A stretch of 64,000 bases of DNA from Nitrosopumilales archaeon (GCA_044507735.1 JBIQJB010000011.1:1-64000); one strand, 5' to 3'. Counted from the stretch's first letter, positions 8,861 to 19,889 are shown. Numbers and translations: made by a program. The notes: generated by a model not told the origin, from the sequence alone.

Positions 8861-11800
8861 GTGGAGGATTCCCTTCTTGCAGGTTTTGGTGGGACAGATT
8901 CGATCAGGTTTGACCGAGGTTTTTGGTTCAAATCTATTAAACTCCTAGGTTACCCTGTTTCCCAATCCGATCTTGATATAGAGTCATTGAAACAACAAAG
9001 AGTACTATCAGATTTCTTGCCGGAGAAAGCTTGGCTGATCTACAAGAACGACTATATCGAGATAGCCGTCTTGGAATTTAGAACACGTGAACAAGCACTA
9101 TCTCGGGCAAAAACAGTCAAGATCGCTAGAGCGTGGAAAAGAGGCCGCCTGATAAGGCCGATTCTGATACTTACGGATGGTTCATCATCTTTTCTGGCGA
9201 TAATCCCGGGGTCGGATATGTCTGGTTCTGGAGAGGTTAGAATTCTCCATTTAGAGGATCGACTTTACCGCACTGACAGAGAAGTTCTTGCTACACTTGT
9301 TTATCCACAAGGAGGTACACTGGAGCAAAAACATGAAACCTTGCTAAGAGGCTATGACAATGAATTTCTTCCATATCAGCGTGTTCGTGACGAGTTCTTC
9401 GATCAGTATAGAAATCTATATTCCAAGATAGAGAAGATAGTACACCCGGTTCTTAAGACACATAGCTCAGCCTATGCCCAGAGGTTTCTCGGCAGGCTTA
9501 TGTTCTTATATTTCCTTCAAAGAAAAAGCTGGCTTAAGAACGATAAAAGGTACGTCGCAAACATTCGCGATTTTCGCGAATTGAATAAAGTCTTCTATCT
9601 GGGTTTAAACCAAGGTCATGACGGTCTACCTTTCCTAAATGGTTCACTCTTTGACAAAGAGGATTACATGACCAAAGAGACAGAGAATAAACTGGCTCAG
9701 AAGATGGATTCGCTTTTCTACGATGTAAGAACATTTTTTGATGGCTACAATTTTACTGTAGATGAAGGCGCTCCACTCGAAGTTGAGGTCAGTCTAGATC
9801 CCGCTCTTATAGGTACTGTTTTCGAAAATATGCTGCCTGAATATGAACGAGGTTCAAAAGGTACATTTTATACACCGCTCGAAGAATCAGCCTTCATATG
9901 TAAACGCGCGATTGCTGCACACCTTGGTTTTAGGGACGAGGTATCTGTCGATGGAAGATCTTTTGTCGATGGCATAGACAGGCTAGTAGAACAATTAAGC
10001 AAGAGCAAGAATGAAGCCGACATCAGGAAGTATAAAGAAAGATTACTGGCTATGAAGATATTAGATCCTGCAGTAGGCTCGGGGGGCTTTCTTCTTGTTG
10101 CAATGCAGGTGGTAATAGACATTGTTCAACGACTAGATGCGATTGTAGGCTGGCGTACTGACGTTGAAGACTATAAGAAAAGAATCTTGCCCAACCTCTA
10201 TGGTTTTGATATAGAGCCCGAAGCAATTGAAATCGCGAGGTTACGGCTGTGGCTTTCTCTGATTATCGACCAAAAAAGTCCGGAACCTTTGCCGAACCTT
10301 GATATGAATATAGTAGAGATCAAAGATTCTTTACTTAAACCCAACCCACAAAGAACACTCGACCCCAAAGTCGAACTATTGAGGGAGAGGCATGAGGCAT
10401 TGCGGGATAAATATATCCATGAACATGACGCTAGAAAGAAGAAGCTCTTAAAAGATGAAATGATAAAAACTGGAGAGGAACTTGCCAAGAAAACAGCTTC
10501 CGATCCAAATTCAATCGAGGCTTTCATAGGATCTAAGATTGACATTTTGGTGATGAACCCTCCTTACGTAAGACAGGAAAAAATAGACAAAAAGAGAAAG
10601 AGCTATTATGTTGCTGTCTATGGGATAGATGCAAAGGCTGATGTCTATGCCTATTTCATACTACGTTCATTTTCCCTTCTTAACCCTAATGGCGTCGCCG
10701 CCTTAATCAGTTCTGAAGCATGGCTTGTTACTGAATATGGTATTGATTTACAAAGGATAATTAAGAATAGATTGATAGGAGTCTATTGTCAGAAGGAGCG
10801 AACCTTTAGTGCGGATGTCAATACAGTAATAAGCGTTTATTCGGGATCCGAATTAGGTGGCGAAGATGCCGTCGATTTTACTTACGTACAAGCATATGGC
10901 TTCGCCAATGTGAAACGACATCATTCTATTCCAAGAAAGGATTTGAAGCCGGGCAAGTGGTTTTATCTACGCGTATCACATGAAATACTTTGTGTAATAC
11001 TTCCAAAGTTACCTCACAAGATGCGTAATTTCGCCCATGTTAAATTTGGAATTAAGACTGGTGCTAATGATTTCTTTCATCTTAAGGATATGAGTCATCT
11101 TTACGAAACTGACTACATAGCTGACCCGAAGAGGTTCACTGATTGGGGTATTAGAGCCAAAACACGAAGAGAATTGGAAACAAGTGAACTGATTTATGTC
11201 GAGAACGAAGGGGGAAAAAGATTTGTGATAGATAGGAAGGACACACTTGCGATTCTTAGGACACCTAAGAAATTGAAAGCCCATCAAATTAGAGATACGG
11301 ATGGACTATGTTTGTACACCTTAAAACCCGGAAAGTACACTGATCGTTACATTCACTGGGGCGAAAAACAAACGTTCAAAATTGACGAAAAGACAGTAGT
11401 TGGATACAATAATACCGCAAGTTGCATGGGTCGGAGTCCTTGGTACAAGCTTGCTGATATTGATCCCACGCATGTTTTTCTGCTTAAGTCACTCGACGAG
11501 CACATTATACCATATTCGAAAGAACCCGCTATTTCCAGCGATCGATTCTATCCTGTCTACCATAAGCGGATAAAGCAGGTATGGAAATATCTTGCTTCGA
11601 CACTTTTCTTCCTTACTGTTGAAATGTACGGACGAAGACAGCTTAAAGGTGTGCTAGACATGATGGTAGAAGACTATAAAGAAATTATTGTTCCTGACCT
11701 TGACAAAATTGACATTGATTTTGATGCAACCTCAATATTGAGGAGGGAAGTATTGTCATATCATGAAGAGGTAAAGCAGGAAGATAGACGACTTTTAGAT

Positions 11801-11950
11801 ATTGCAGTCTTGAAGGCTTTGGGTTTTGGAGAGGATGAAGCAGGGAGGTTCGTCAAGCAATTACATGAGGCCTTCGTGGACGCAGCGGAAGACAGGTTGA
11901 CAAAGATAAGCAATCGAAGAGCTGCAAATCAAGGAGATGATGATAATTAG
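8861..11950 (+). CDS. N6-adenine DNA methyltransferase, Eco57I/type IIG-like
   Basis: RLMFLYFLQRK, PFLNGSLF, GTFYTP, motif I ILDPAVGSGGF, motif IV MNPPY, and a C-terminal TRD-like region. Confidence 0.88.
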   Translation: MEDSLLAGFGGTDSIRFDRGFWFKSIKLLGYPVSQSDLDIESLKQQRVLSDFLPEKAWLIYKNDYIEIAVLEFRTREQALSRAKTVKIARAWKRGRLIRPILILTDGSSSFLAIIPGSDMSGSGEVRILHLEDRLYRTDREVLATLVYPQGGTLEQKHETLLRGYDNEFLPYQRVRDEFFDQYRNLYSKIEKIVHPVLKTHSSAYAQRFLGRLMFLYFLQRKSWLKNDKRYVANIRDFRELNKVFYLGLNQGHDGLPFLNGSLFDKEDYMTKETENKLAQKMDSLFYDVRTFFDGYNFTVDEGAPLEVEVSLDPALIGTVFENMLPEYERGSKGTFYTPLEESAFICKRAIAAHLGFRDEVSVDGRSFVDGIDRLVEQLSKSKNEADIRKYKERLLAMKILDPAVGSGGFLLVAMQVVIDIVQRLDAIVGWRTDVEDYKKRILPNLYGFDIEPEAIEIARLRLWLSLIIDQKSPEPLPNLDMNIVEIKDSLLKPNPQRTLDPKVELLRERHEALRDKYIHEHDARKKKLLKDEMIKTGEELAKKTASDPNSIEAFIGSKIDILVMNPPYVRQEKIDKKRKSYYVAVYGIDAKADVYAYFILRSFSLLNPNGVAALISSEAWLVTEYGIDLQRIIKNRLIGVYCQKERTFSADVNTVISVYSGSELGGEDAVDFTYVQAYGFANVKRHHSIPRKDLKPGKWFYLRVSHEILCVILPKLPHKMRNFAHVKFGIKTGANDFFHLKDMSHLYETDYIADPKRFTDWGIRAKTRRELETSELIYVENEGGKRFVIDRKDTLAILRTPKKLKAHQIRDTDGLCLYTLKPGKYTDRYIHWGEKQTFKIDEKTVVGYNNTASCMGRSPWYKLADIDPTHVFLLKSLDEHIIPYSKEPAISSDRFYPVYHKRIKQVWKYLASTLFFLTVEMYGRRQLKGVLDMMVEDYKEIIVPDLDKIDIDFDATSILRREVLSYHEEVKQEDRRLLDIAVLKALGFGEDEAGRFVKQLHEAFVDAAEDRLTKISNRRAANQGDDDN

Positions 11951-14900
11951 ATGACCAAAATTATTGATAATTCAAAGGAAACTCTTGCCTCCGCATTGGA
12001 GAAAGAGTTTCCGGAAATAACAGATATAGCGATTGCATCAGCTTACTTCAACGTTCGCGGTTTCGGTGCCCTAAGTAAAGCACTTGATGATAAACCTCTT
12101 AAACTTGTACTAGGGAAGGAACCAAGCGACAGTATCAAATGGGAGGATGAAGTTCTGAGGGAGTTGGAGCAAAATGAGGATGACGCAAACTACTTTGAGC
12201 TTTTGCAAAATGCTATCAGCTATTTCAAGAGCGATAAAAGACAGATTCGTACGCTTCAAGGGGAATTCTTGCATGGCAAAGCATACATCGGTGTGCACCC
12301 CTCATTTGAAAATGTCAAGAGAGGAGTAGGTGTCGTCGGATCAAGCAACTTTACACGAGGAGGTCTTCGCTATAATAAAGAATTGAATATGCTAAATACG
12401 GATAGAGAAGTTGTTCAGGAACTTGTATCGTGGTTTTCTGACCTATGGAAAAACTCCGCTGATTACAAGTCAGCTTTTATGGAAATGTTGGAAAAATACG
12501 TCACTACAGCTAGTCCTTATGAGGTGGTGGCCAAGGCATTATATGAAACATACAAGTCAATCATGGATAGGCCTGATGATAGTCAGTACATTAAGAGTCT
12601 ATCAGCTCATCAAGTTCTTTCTGTTCGAGAAGCTTCATTAAAACTAAAACAGTATGGTGGCGTAGTAATAGCCGATTCTACAGGACTAGGAAAGACTAGG
12701 GTAATGATACAATTAGTTCATGATGCTATACGCGAAGGCAGAAATCCTCTGCTAATTGCGCCAAAGAGCGTTCTTAATACAACGTGGGACGATGAAATGA
12801 ATAAGCTGCACATCCATATCAATAGCATTAACACCGAAATGCTATCTGCCAATCCTGATATTTTGACTAGGGAGTATTCAAGTCACGACTTTATCGTAAT
12901 AGACGAGGCACACCTTTTCAGGAGCCCTTCTTCGAATAGATATGTCGCCCTTCGAGACCTCATTTTGAAAAATAAAGCGCAGGTAGTCTTGGCAACGGCC
13001 ACTCCAGTAAACACGAGTCTAATGGACCTTTACTCACTTTTTTCATTTTATCTCACTGAAGAAAGTATCATAGATCTGCATGGCATGACTCTACGCAATT
13101 ACTTTATTTCAAACCAGAAAAAATGGCTTGCAGGCTCTACCATTGACATGGATTCAGTGCTACGAAGATTCATCGTGAGAGTTTCTAGGGATCTAGCTAA
13201 GGCACTTGATATTGATAATAAATTGAAATTTCCACAGAGAAAACTTGACGAGGATGCATGCAATAGGTATGAATTTAAGATCGATTTCACAAAGATAGAC
13301 GATATCCTAAGTTCGATGGAATTCCCCTATTACGACCTTTCGGTTGAGCGGCTTTCTGAGCTCAAGCTTCCTGATGGTAGTCCCTTACCAAAGGAGCTTG
13401 AAGAGAGAAAACAGGACTTATTGAAGCAACTTGTCAAGACCGTGATAATAATTAACTTATTCAAGCGTCTGGAGAGTAGCATTGAGGCGTTTACTTCCAC
13501 TGCCAATAGCCTAAAGGAGTATATCCTATTAGCAATAGAGTATGCAAAGGATAAGCAATACTTTATTCCTCCAAAATTAAGACTTGATTCTCTACTGCAA
13601 GAAGAACAACTTCCGACTCCGGAAGAACTTTTCTCAAAACCCAAATACAAATCGATGAAAGACAGATGTAAATTTTCAAGTGTAGAAACGCAACAATTCA
13701 TAATGGAATGCAAGAATGACCTACAGAAATTAAATGACCTTCTTGCAATTCTACCAAAATCAGATCGAAAGTACGAACAGTTTGAGCGAAGAGTTTCGGC
13801 GCTTTCTGAGAAAATGGGTGACACGAACAACGGTATAGTAATCTTCAGCCAATATGCGGCCACAGCCGAGTACATTTACAGAAGATTAGCCAGCCGTTTT
13901 AAGAAGAATAGAGTCATGCTAGTGACTGGCGAAATATGCTTTAACTCAGATGGGGAAAAAGTTGACAAGGTGCGTGTGGTCAGAGAATTCCAAAAAAATG
14001 GAGGTTTGCTAGTAAGCACAGATGTTTTAAGCGAAGGACAGAATTTGCAGAATGCACAATTTGTTGCCAATTATGACTTCCCTTGGAATCCCGTCGTACT
14101 AATCCAAAGGATCGGCAGGATTGATAGGATAGGTTCACCGTATGATGATGTATTTGTGATAAATGTTCTCCCTAAGAACGGGAAACCTGATGACCGGTCC
14201 TCTCTTGAATATTTCTTGGGCCTAATGGATAGGCTCTTTAGACGACTTGAGGCCATTAGAAGCACTATCGGCCTTGATGCAACAACTTTGGGAGAGCAAG
14301 CGAGTCCAAAGGATTTCAATATTCAGGCTGCCCTTGCTAGAAATGATATGTCGCAGCTAAATATACTTGCAAAAGAACTCGAACAATTTACATCTGACCC
14401 TCGCGATATGCTTGCAAGGATGATCAATGAAATGGGGTTGGACTGGCTAAAAACTCTCCCATTAGGAATTGGTGCATTCAAGAAATCAACCAAAGACGGC
14501 ATCTTCGCACTTTTTACCGACGGAACACAATTCTATTGGCGATTGGAACTTTTTGACAAAGGAGAGGTCATGCACTCTGCCAATGATATTGTAGAAATGC
14601 TTCTCGATGGTGAAAATAATAACAAAGGCAACAAGATAGATTACACGAAACTTATTCCGATGCTAGTAGAGTCAAAAAGTAATCTTAGAAGTGAGTTAGA
14701 TACAGCTCGGAAGCGGCAAATCACTTCAGAGGGAGTTCCACCGACAAATAGAACCATTCAAGCGATATACACAAAACTTGCCCAAAGCCCAGAAGGGGGA
14801 GAGAAATTGGCTGTTCGATTCAGGAACCAAGCGAGATGTGCCAATGTCGTTAAAGCACTGGAGCAGGCAATGAAATCTGGAAACCTTGTTGAGGCTGCAA

Positions 14901-14995
14901 AAAAGATTCTTACTGACAGCATTCCTCCCCAAGATAAGCTGCCTGAAGAAGTAAAACTAAAAAGAATTTGTTGGTGTTTGCTACAGAAGGAATAG
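11951..14995 (+). CDS. PLD-nuclease / SNF2-like superfamily 2 helicase fusion
   Basis: HGKAY...GSSNFTRGGL..NKELN (PLD), ADSTGLGKT, DEAH, TATP, STDVLSEGQNLQ, QRIGRIDR. ATG directly follows the MTase stop. Confidence 0.88.
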   Translation: MTKIIDNSKETLASALEKEFPEITDIAIASAYFNVRGFGALSKALDDKPLKLVLGKEPSDSIKWEDEVLRELEQNEDDANYFELLQNAISYFKSDKRQIRTLQGEFLHGKAYIGVHPSFENVKRGVGVVGSSNFTRGGLRYNKELNMLNTDREVVQELVSWFSDLWKNSADYKSAFMEMLEKYVTTASPYEVVAKALYETYKSIMDRPDDSQYIKSLSAHQVLSVREASLKLKQYGGVVIADSTGLGKTRVMIQLVHDAIREGRNPLLIAPKSVLNTTWDDEMNKLHIHINSINTEMLSANPDILTREYSSHDFIVIDEAHLFRSPSSNRYVALRDLILKNKAQVVLATATPVNTSLMDLYSLFSFYLTEESIIDLHGMTLRNYFISNQKKWLAGSTIDMDSVLRRFIVRVSRDLAKALDIDNKLKFPQRKLDEDACNRYEFKIDFTKIDDILSSMEFPYYDLSVERLSELKLPDGSPLPKELEERKQDLLKQLVKTVIIINLFKRLESSIEAFTSTANSLKEYILLAIEYAKDKQYFIPPKLRLDSLLQEEQLPTPEELFSKPKYKSMKDRCKFSSVETQQFIMECKNDLQKLNDLLAILPKSDRKYEQFERRVSALSEKMGDTNNGIVIFSQYAATAEYIYRRLASRFKKNRVMLVTGEICFNSDGEKVDKVRVVREFQKNGGLLVSTDVLSEGQNLQNAQFVANYDFPWNPVVLIQRIGRIDRIGSPYDDVFVINVLPKNGKPDDRSSLEYFLGLMDRLFRRLEAIRSTIGLDATTLGEQASPKDFNIQAALARNDMSQLNILAKELEQFTSDPRDMLARMINEMGLDWLKTLPLGIGAFKKSTKDGIFALFTDGTQFYWRLELFDKGEVMHSANDIVEMLLDGENNNKGNKIDYTKLIPMLVESKSNLRSELDTARKRQITSEGVPPTNRTIQAIYTKLAQSPEGGEKLAVRFRNQARCANVVKALEQAMKSGNLVEAAKKILTDSIPPQDKLPEEVKLKRICWCLLQKE

Positions 14996-15034
14996 TTAGA
15001 CGTAAAGGAAAACCCAACTAATACTGTGTGCAAT

Positions 15035-15553
15035 TCAGTCAGAAAAAGCCCAAACTAAGGTGGTCTTCCACTTGGCATCGGCTTTTTTCAGTAGCTCCAA
15101 AAATAAGTCCTTTCGTATGACCTTTCTCCCAACATTCAACATGATATTTGCCGGTAACGTGATCCCGTTATCCCAGTCATTTATCACAAATGTTTTGTCG
15201 AAGCTAAATCTATATGTCCAGAGATGGCGACCAAAAAACAATTCATCTGGCCAAAGTAGCTGCTCGCTCTTGAATTTGCTTCGAATTTTAGCAAATCCAA
15301 TTACTTTTTGAATAGGATGAGTCAGTTAGAATGCCAATCCATCTTGACGAGCATAGGTGTTCCAACTCCCTCTTGCTTTCTCAGCGAAACCTCAGGTTTT
15401 ATGGACTAGGGATGTGATCCAGATATCTCTGTCACCAACGAGAATGTAATACCTACGGAGCGATTCCACTAGCTTATTGGTAGAACGTGGATTATTTAAC
15501 GTGACTTTTGCTCGGAGATACAAATCCAATGCACACGCCTGCTCAATAAGCAT
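15035..15553 (-). pseudogene. EVE-domain-like protein with two nonsense mutations
   Basis: Manual translation YYILVGDRDIW..KT*GF..RGSWN..DGLAF*LTHPIQKVIGFAKI...LWPDE..WTYRF. The stops at 15392-15394 and 15326-15328 fall where W and Y are expected. Confidence 0.6.
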
Positions 15554-15680
15554 GGTCTCTACAGATAACTAAAACGATCCATTAGGCGAGCATCATTTAA
15601 TATACTCTGGAGCGCCAAGAAAATTCATGCACTGACCACCGCAACGTAATTTAACAAGTGCAATTAGCCTAATCAGGGAT

Positions 15681-16463
15681 ATGGCTAAGGAAGAAGTTCA
15701 ACTTCAATTTTCAGCTACCACTAGAACAGCAGATCTCTGGAAGTCCATCTCTTCGGCAATAATGACAATTGTCGATGAAGCACATTTCGAAGCTAACAAA
15801 GAGGGGCTCCAGTTCAGGTCAATGGACCCTTCCCACATTGCCTTGATAGACATTACCTGTCCTGCAGTTGCATTCGCTGATTTCAAATGTGATTCTCCAA
15901 TTAAATTCGGATTTCGGGTGGATGACTTTGCGAAGATAGTGAAGCGTGCAGGTCCTAATGATTCCGTGGAGTTGAGTATTCAAGACAGTATGTTAAACAT
16001 AAAGACATCAGGCGGCTATACTAGAAACTACAAACTCAGACTGATTGAAAGTAACAGCGGATCTTCAACTCCTCTACCAAAACTTTCATTTGATAGCAGA
16101 TTGGTCATGGCACCGTCAATTCTTGACAGAATTCTAAGTGATATTGCTGTTGTATCCGACAAGATTACCATTGAGACGACAGAAAACAGACAACTCTTGT
16201 GCACCACAAGGGGAGATTCTGGAGAAGCGATAGTTACTTTGGATGACAAGAGCGGAATAGAAAACCTGAATGAAATATCGGTAACCAAGCCTAGTAAGGC
16301 TACTTATGGTTCAGAGTTTATGACCAAGCTGATAAAGGCGATAGGAGCGTCGTCAGAGACAGTGACGGCAGAATTTACTACAAAGATGCCTTTAAAGCTC
16401 ACATTTAGTCTTCCAAACGCAGTAAAGATAGAGTTCTTTATGGCGCCAAGAGTTGAAGACTAG
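15681..16463 (+). CDS. pcn: DNA polymerase sliding clamp PCNA (element-encoded)
   Basis: IVDEAHF...GLQFRSMDPSHIALID, PLPKLSF, C-terminal FFMAPRVED; 260 aa. Confidence 0.92.
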   Translation: MAKEEVQLQFSATTRTADLWKSISSAIMTIVDEAHFEANKEGLQFRSMDPSHIALIDITCPAVAFADFKCDSPIKFGFRVDDFAKIVKRAGPNDSVELSIQDSMLNIKTSGGYTRNYKLRLIESNSGSSTPLPKLSFDSRLVMAPSILDRILSDIAVVSDKITIETTENRQLLCTTRGDSGEAIVTLDDKSGIENLNEISVTKPSKATYGSEFMTKLIKAIGASSETVTAEFTTKMPLKLTFSLPNAVKIEFFMAPRVED

Positions 16464-16510
16464 ATGAATCTAGTCTATGGCTTGCATAAAAGCAAACTAG
16501 ATTATTGCAG

Positions 16511-16969
16511 TCAGTAAATCTCTACGATTAGTGTAGGCTGGATTTGAATTGGCTTTATCCTTCTTGAGTTCGGTCCTTGACTGACTATTTCGTAGATAAG
16601 CCTCCACAAACACTTATCCTCTTCTGAAAGTGTATTGTCAACATCACAGTAGTCCCTGACTCTTGGATCTTTTGATGCGGCTATCTTGATAGCATCAACT
16701 AACGCAATAGGTCTGCCTGCATCTTTGATTGCCTGCGCAATAGAATTGTAAACTGCGCCTTGCTCATCAACTGTGACCAATCTTCGGCCATCACAACTAA
16801 ATTCAGGCTCCCCTGCGCAATTATGGCAGCTAGTTACCCACCTCTTCTTCCGGCCCCGGGCATAGAACACTTCTATCGGAACGATGCTGGATGTATAGCA
16901 GTTGCAGTATTCGCACACTCGACTACTATATGCAGTAGCAAGATCCTTTGTCAGCACTCTGCAAAACAC
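16511..16969 (-). CDS. Small Zn-finger protein downstream of terL (copy A)
   Basis: CEYC...CHNC. A homologue at 25590-25978 occupies the same position. Confidence 0.7.
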   Translation of the reverse strand: MFCRVLTKDLATAYSSRVCEYCNCYTSSIVPIEVFYARGRKKRWVTSCHNCAGEPEFSCDGRRLVTVDEQGAVYNSIAQAIKDAGRPIALVDAIKIAASKDPRVRDYCDVDNTLSEEDKCLWRLIYEIVSQGPNSRRIKPIQIQPTLIVEIY

Positions 16970-16975
16970 TCCTTA

Positions 16976-18425
16976 CTATGTGATTTCATAGTATCTCATC
17001 GCCAGCCTGAATGCGTCAAAGGTGTCATTGTATGATGTGGATGCCTTGTCCAAAACCCCGTCTTGCTCTATTGCAGTCCTCAGAGAAGTTATCAGCTTGT
17101 TAAAGCGTGGATGAATGGCAACAAGCCCTTTTTCCAAGAACATCTTTGTATTGCCAAGCATCTCTTTGTGCTCGGAATTGAACGACACCGGCAGCACCTG
17201 CATCCAATATATCGGGTCGGTGTGATGTTTTTTCAGGTATGTCATTTGCTCTTCATAGTCTGTGCGCTCTCCAAGCGTGCGTTTTAATCCCGTTATTATC
17301 GCCGGATTTGAAGCGTCGATAAAGACCTTATTTACGTCATATTTCATGATGAGCTCCCAAGCTTTGTCCACCATTTCGTTAAAGTCTGGCCGCTCAAACT
17401 CGTCTGCATATATAGAATCTCGATTCTTGCGTTTCCCATCTGAGTCAAGACAAAGGCAAATTTGGAACAGCCAAAGGCAGGGTCAATGCCAAGCGACTTT
17501 GGGATGTTCGGATTGACAACGTCTGGGTCGTATTGCCTGCCAAACATTAGTGCCCGCTCAATGTCTTTTTGGTGGAATACATTTCCAATCTTGCCGATGT
17601 ATTTCAAATCATACTCGCGTTCAAATGACGGCGAGCCCATTGCCTTTTCAATTTCTTCTTTTGTGTAGATCTTGTTGATGCCGTACGTATAGTCGAGGTA
17701 AAGGCGGTTGTAAAGGCAAGACGCATCTGGCTCCTTTTCTATTTCTTCAAACAAGCCTTCAGGAGCATTGGGCGTCGACACCATCACGATATAAGGGTCT
17801 GATTTTGCGATATAGCGCTCGCTTACATCTCTGGCGTCTTGCTGCTGGCCGGGAGGGAAAAAGTCTGCTTCGTCTAGCAATATGAAGGACACGTCTGTGA
17901 GCCCTCGCATTGCATCGAGATGGTGAGAAGGGTATGCTTCAATTTTGACTCCGTTGAGTTCCACTACTGTCTCTTTTGTGCCAAAATGTAGCGTCGGAAA
18001 CAGGTTCTTTATCCTGCCAATCAGCGTTATTGCCAAGTCAATTCTAGGTCCAGTTACAATGCAACCCTTGAGCCTTTGAGCAGGTCGTCTTTCAGGCAAA
18101 GCCAAGCAATGTAACGGAGCATAAACTCAGTAATGCCAAGACCGGTCGCCTTCTTACTCCAGACATATTTTGACTTGCGCAACGCTTGGTAGACATCCCA
18201 TTCGTAATCAAAGAGCGGCAGCTGCCTGCCGTTTTTCTGCGGCAAGCCTATCATATGGTTAAAGCAGCAGTTGCCGCGTGTGGCAATATCAGCCACCTTG
18301 TGGTGTTCGACATTCCAGTACCAAAATGGCTTGCCTCTTAGCCTTTCAAAAAACCTTGTTTGCTGTGGTTGCTGTTCTGCCAGCACTGACACTTGCAGCC
18401 TTTTTCTCAAGTCCCGGAAGGTCAA
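16976..18425 (-). pseudogene. Terminase large subunit, copy A, with two frameshifts
   Basis: Three ORF pieces colinear with intact 25991-27439: a 1-nt deletion near 18065 and an extra AT in a TATAT run near 17410. Confidence 0.85.
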
Positions 18426-19005
18426 TCTGTGCTTTTGTCCCGGACTTTAATGCCCTTTCATCAGCTTTAGCTCTTACGGTTGTTGCTTGCTTGTCAGCGG
18501 CGGAAGACTGTTCTGATAGTCTTCTACCTCCCTCTTCGACAAATCTGACTGCGTCGTCGACCACGGAGCAATTCGTAAGCATGTCCATTGTGGTTGAAGC
18601 GCAGTCTTTAACAAGAGCCAACGCCTGTAGCTTCAACTTGTCATTTGCCGCCTGCTCTGCGATAACCCACGCGTTCCTGCGGACAGCAGTCAACGCCGCC
18701 AGGCATTTTTCAAACTCTAGCGGCAGCTTATCCTCTACATAATGTCTGATGTTGTAACCGGCCTGCTCTCTGAGAAAAGCAAAGTCGCGGCTGACGGTTG
18801 ATTCGTCAACTTGGAGTTTTGCGGCTATCTCCTTCTGGTTGAAACCCTGACTTGAATATTCCAACACCTTGCTTCTTCTCCATTCTATCTGCTGTTGCAC
18901 CTTCCAAGTCATTTCTTGCCTCTCCCAGAAATTGCGATGATGTGCGAGTGCAAACTCGATTGCCGCAAGTCCGTTTCTGTCCGCAATTCGACCTATCTCC
19001 ACCAT
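18346..19005 (-). CDS. HTH protein, putative terminase small subunit (copy A)
   Basis: EWRRSKVLEYSSQGFNQKEIAAKLQVDESTVSRD HTH, directly upstream of and overlapping terL. Confidence 0.65.
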   Translation of the reverse strand: MVEIGRIADRNGLAAIEFALAHHRNFWERQEMTWKVQQQIEWRRSKVLEYSSQGFNQKEIAAKLQVDESTVSRDFAFLREQAGYNIRHYVEDKLPLEFEKCLAALTAVRRNAWVIAEQAANDKLKLQALALVKDCASTTMDMLTNCSVVDDAVRFVEEGGRRLSEQSSAADKQATTVRAKADERALKSGTKAQIDLPGLEKKAASVSAGRTATTANKVF

Positions 19006-19190
19006 ATAATTGGCCGATCTGAGCTTTCAAGTTATCGCCAATATTCTTGATGGTCTCTTCTTTGAGCATCTCTAGCAGGAGGGGTTCGATCATGAACAGG
19101 TTATAATTGACCCTGTCAGGCTACACTCCCCTGATTCATCGAAATGCAGAGATCATATCAGAGACCTGCATGATATAGCGAAATTTTTTT

Positions 19191-19733
19191 CTACCGCTCT
19201 TCAAACTCGATATGGACGGTGTTAGCTGTAATATTGGATCTAATAACAACTTGTCCAAACTGGGTAAGTATGTATTTGTAGATTTCAGATAGATATATCG
19301 ACCATTTCCTGCCCAGATCATGCTGAATTACATAGGAATGCTTTCCCAAGTTGGCTTTATGCTTGTACGAGTATCCAGATACTTTTAGCCATGTCGTAAT
19401 TACATTCATAGCGGACTCTAGACTGTACTCGTTTCGCAAAAGCAGAACAAAGTCCTCCGATTCGGTCTCGGCAACATATTTGGCGATATCGGCTATCTCT
19501 TCATCTGATACCTTGTTCAAAAGCTTCACCAACGCCCCCTTTCTTACAGTGATAAAACCTGCTTTGGCAGCATTTGTATGCCAATCCAGATGCTGCCTAA
19601 AAATCTGGGAAGCCAAGGTATTGGTGCTGATCTGCTTGTCGCTTGCTTCACGCTTCAGAGCATCCAGTACATCTCTTTCAAGCCTGAGAGTAATCCCGTC
19701 GGTCTGAGCCCTTGTACGCCTCGATTTCGACAA
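19191..19733 (-). CDS. Ribbon-helix-helix DNA-binding protein
   Basis: N-terminal ITLRLERDVLDALKREA..KQISTNTLASQIF RHH pattern. Confidence 0.75.
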   Translation of the reverse strand: MSKSRRTRAQTDGITLRLERDVLDALKREASDKQISTNTLASQIFRQHLDWHTNAAKAGFITVRKGALVKLLNKVSDEEIADIAKYVAETESEDFVLLLRNEYSLESAMNVITTWLKVSGYSYKHKANLGKHSYVIQHDLGRKWSIYLSEIYKYILTQFGQVVIRSNITANTVHIEFEER

Positions 19734-19889
19734 TTGTATCGCCTTTAGGTGAGCTTCTCAATGATGTTTCTTATATAAGATATTCGGAGTTTGTGCTGCT
19801 TACACATTTGAATACATTGCACTCAACCAATTGCAGCATGACATCTTCTAGTATCTTAATACGGGGAAATTATATAGTACTTCCTTCGG

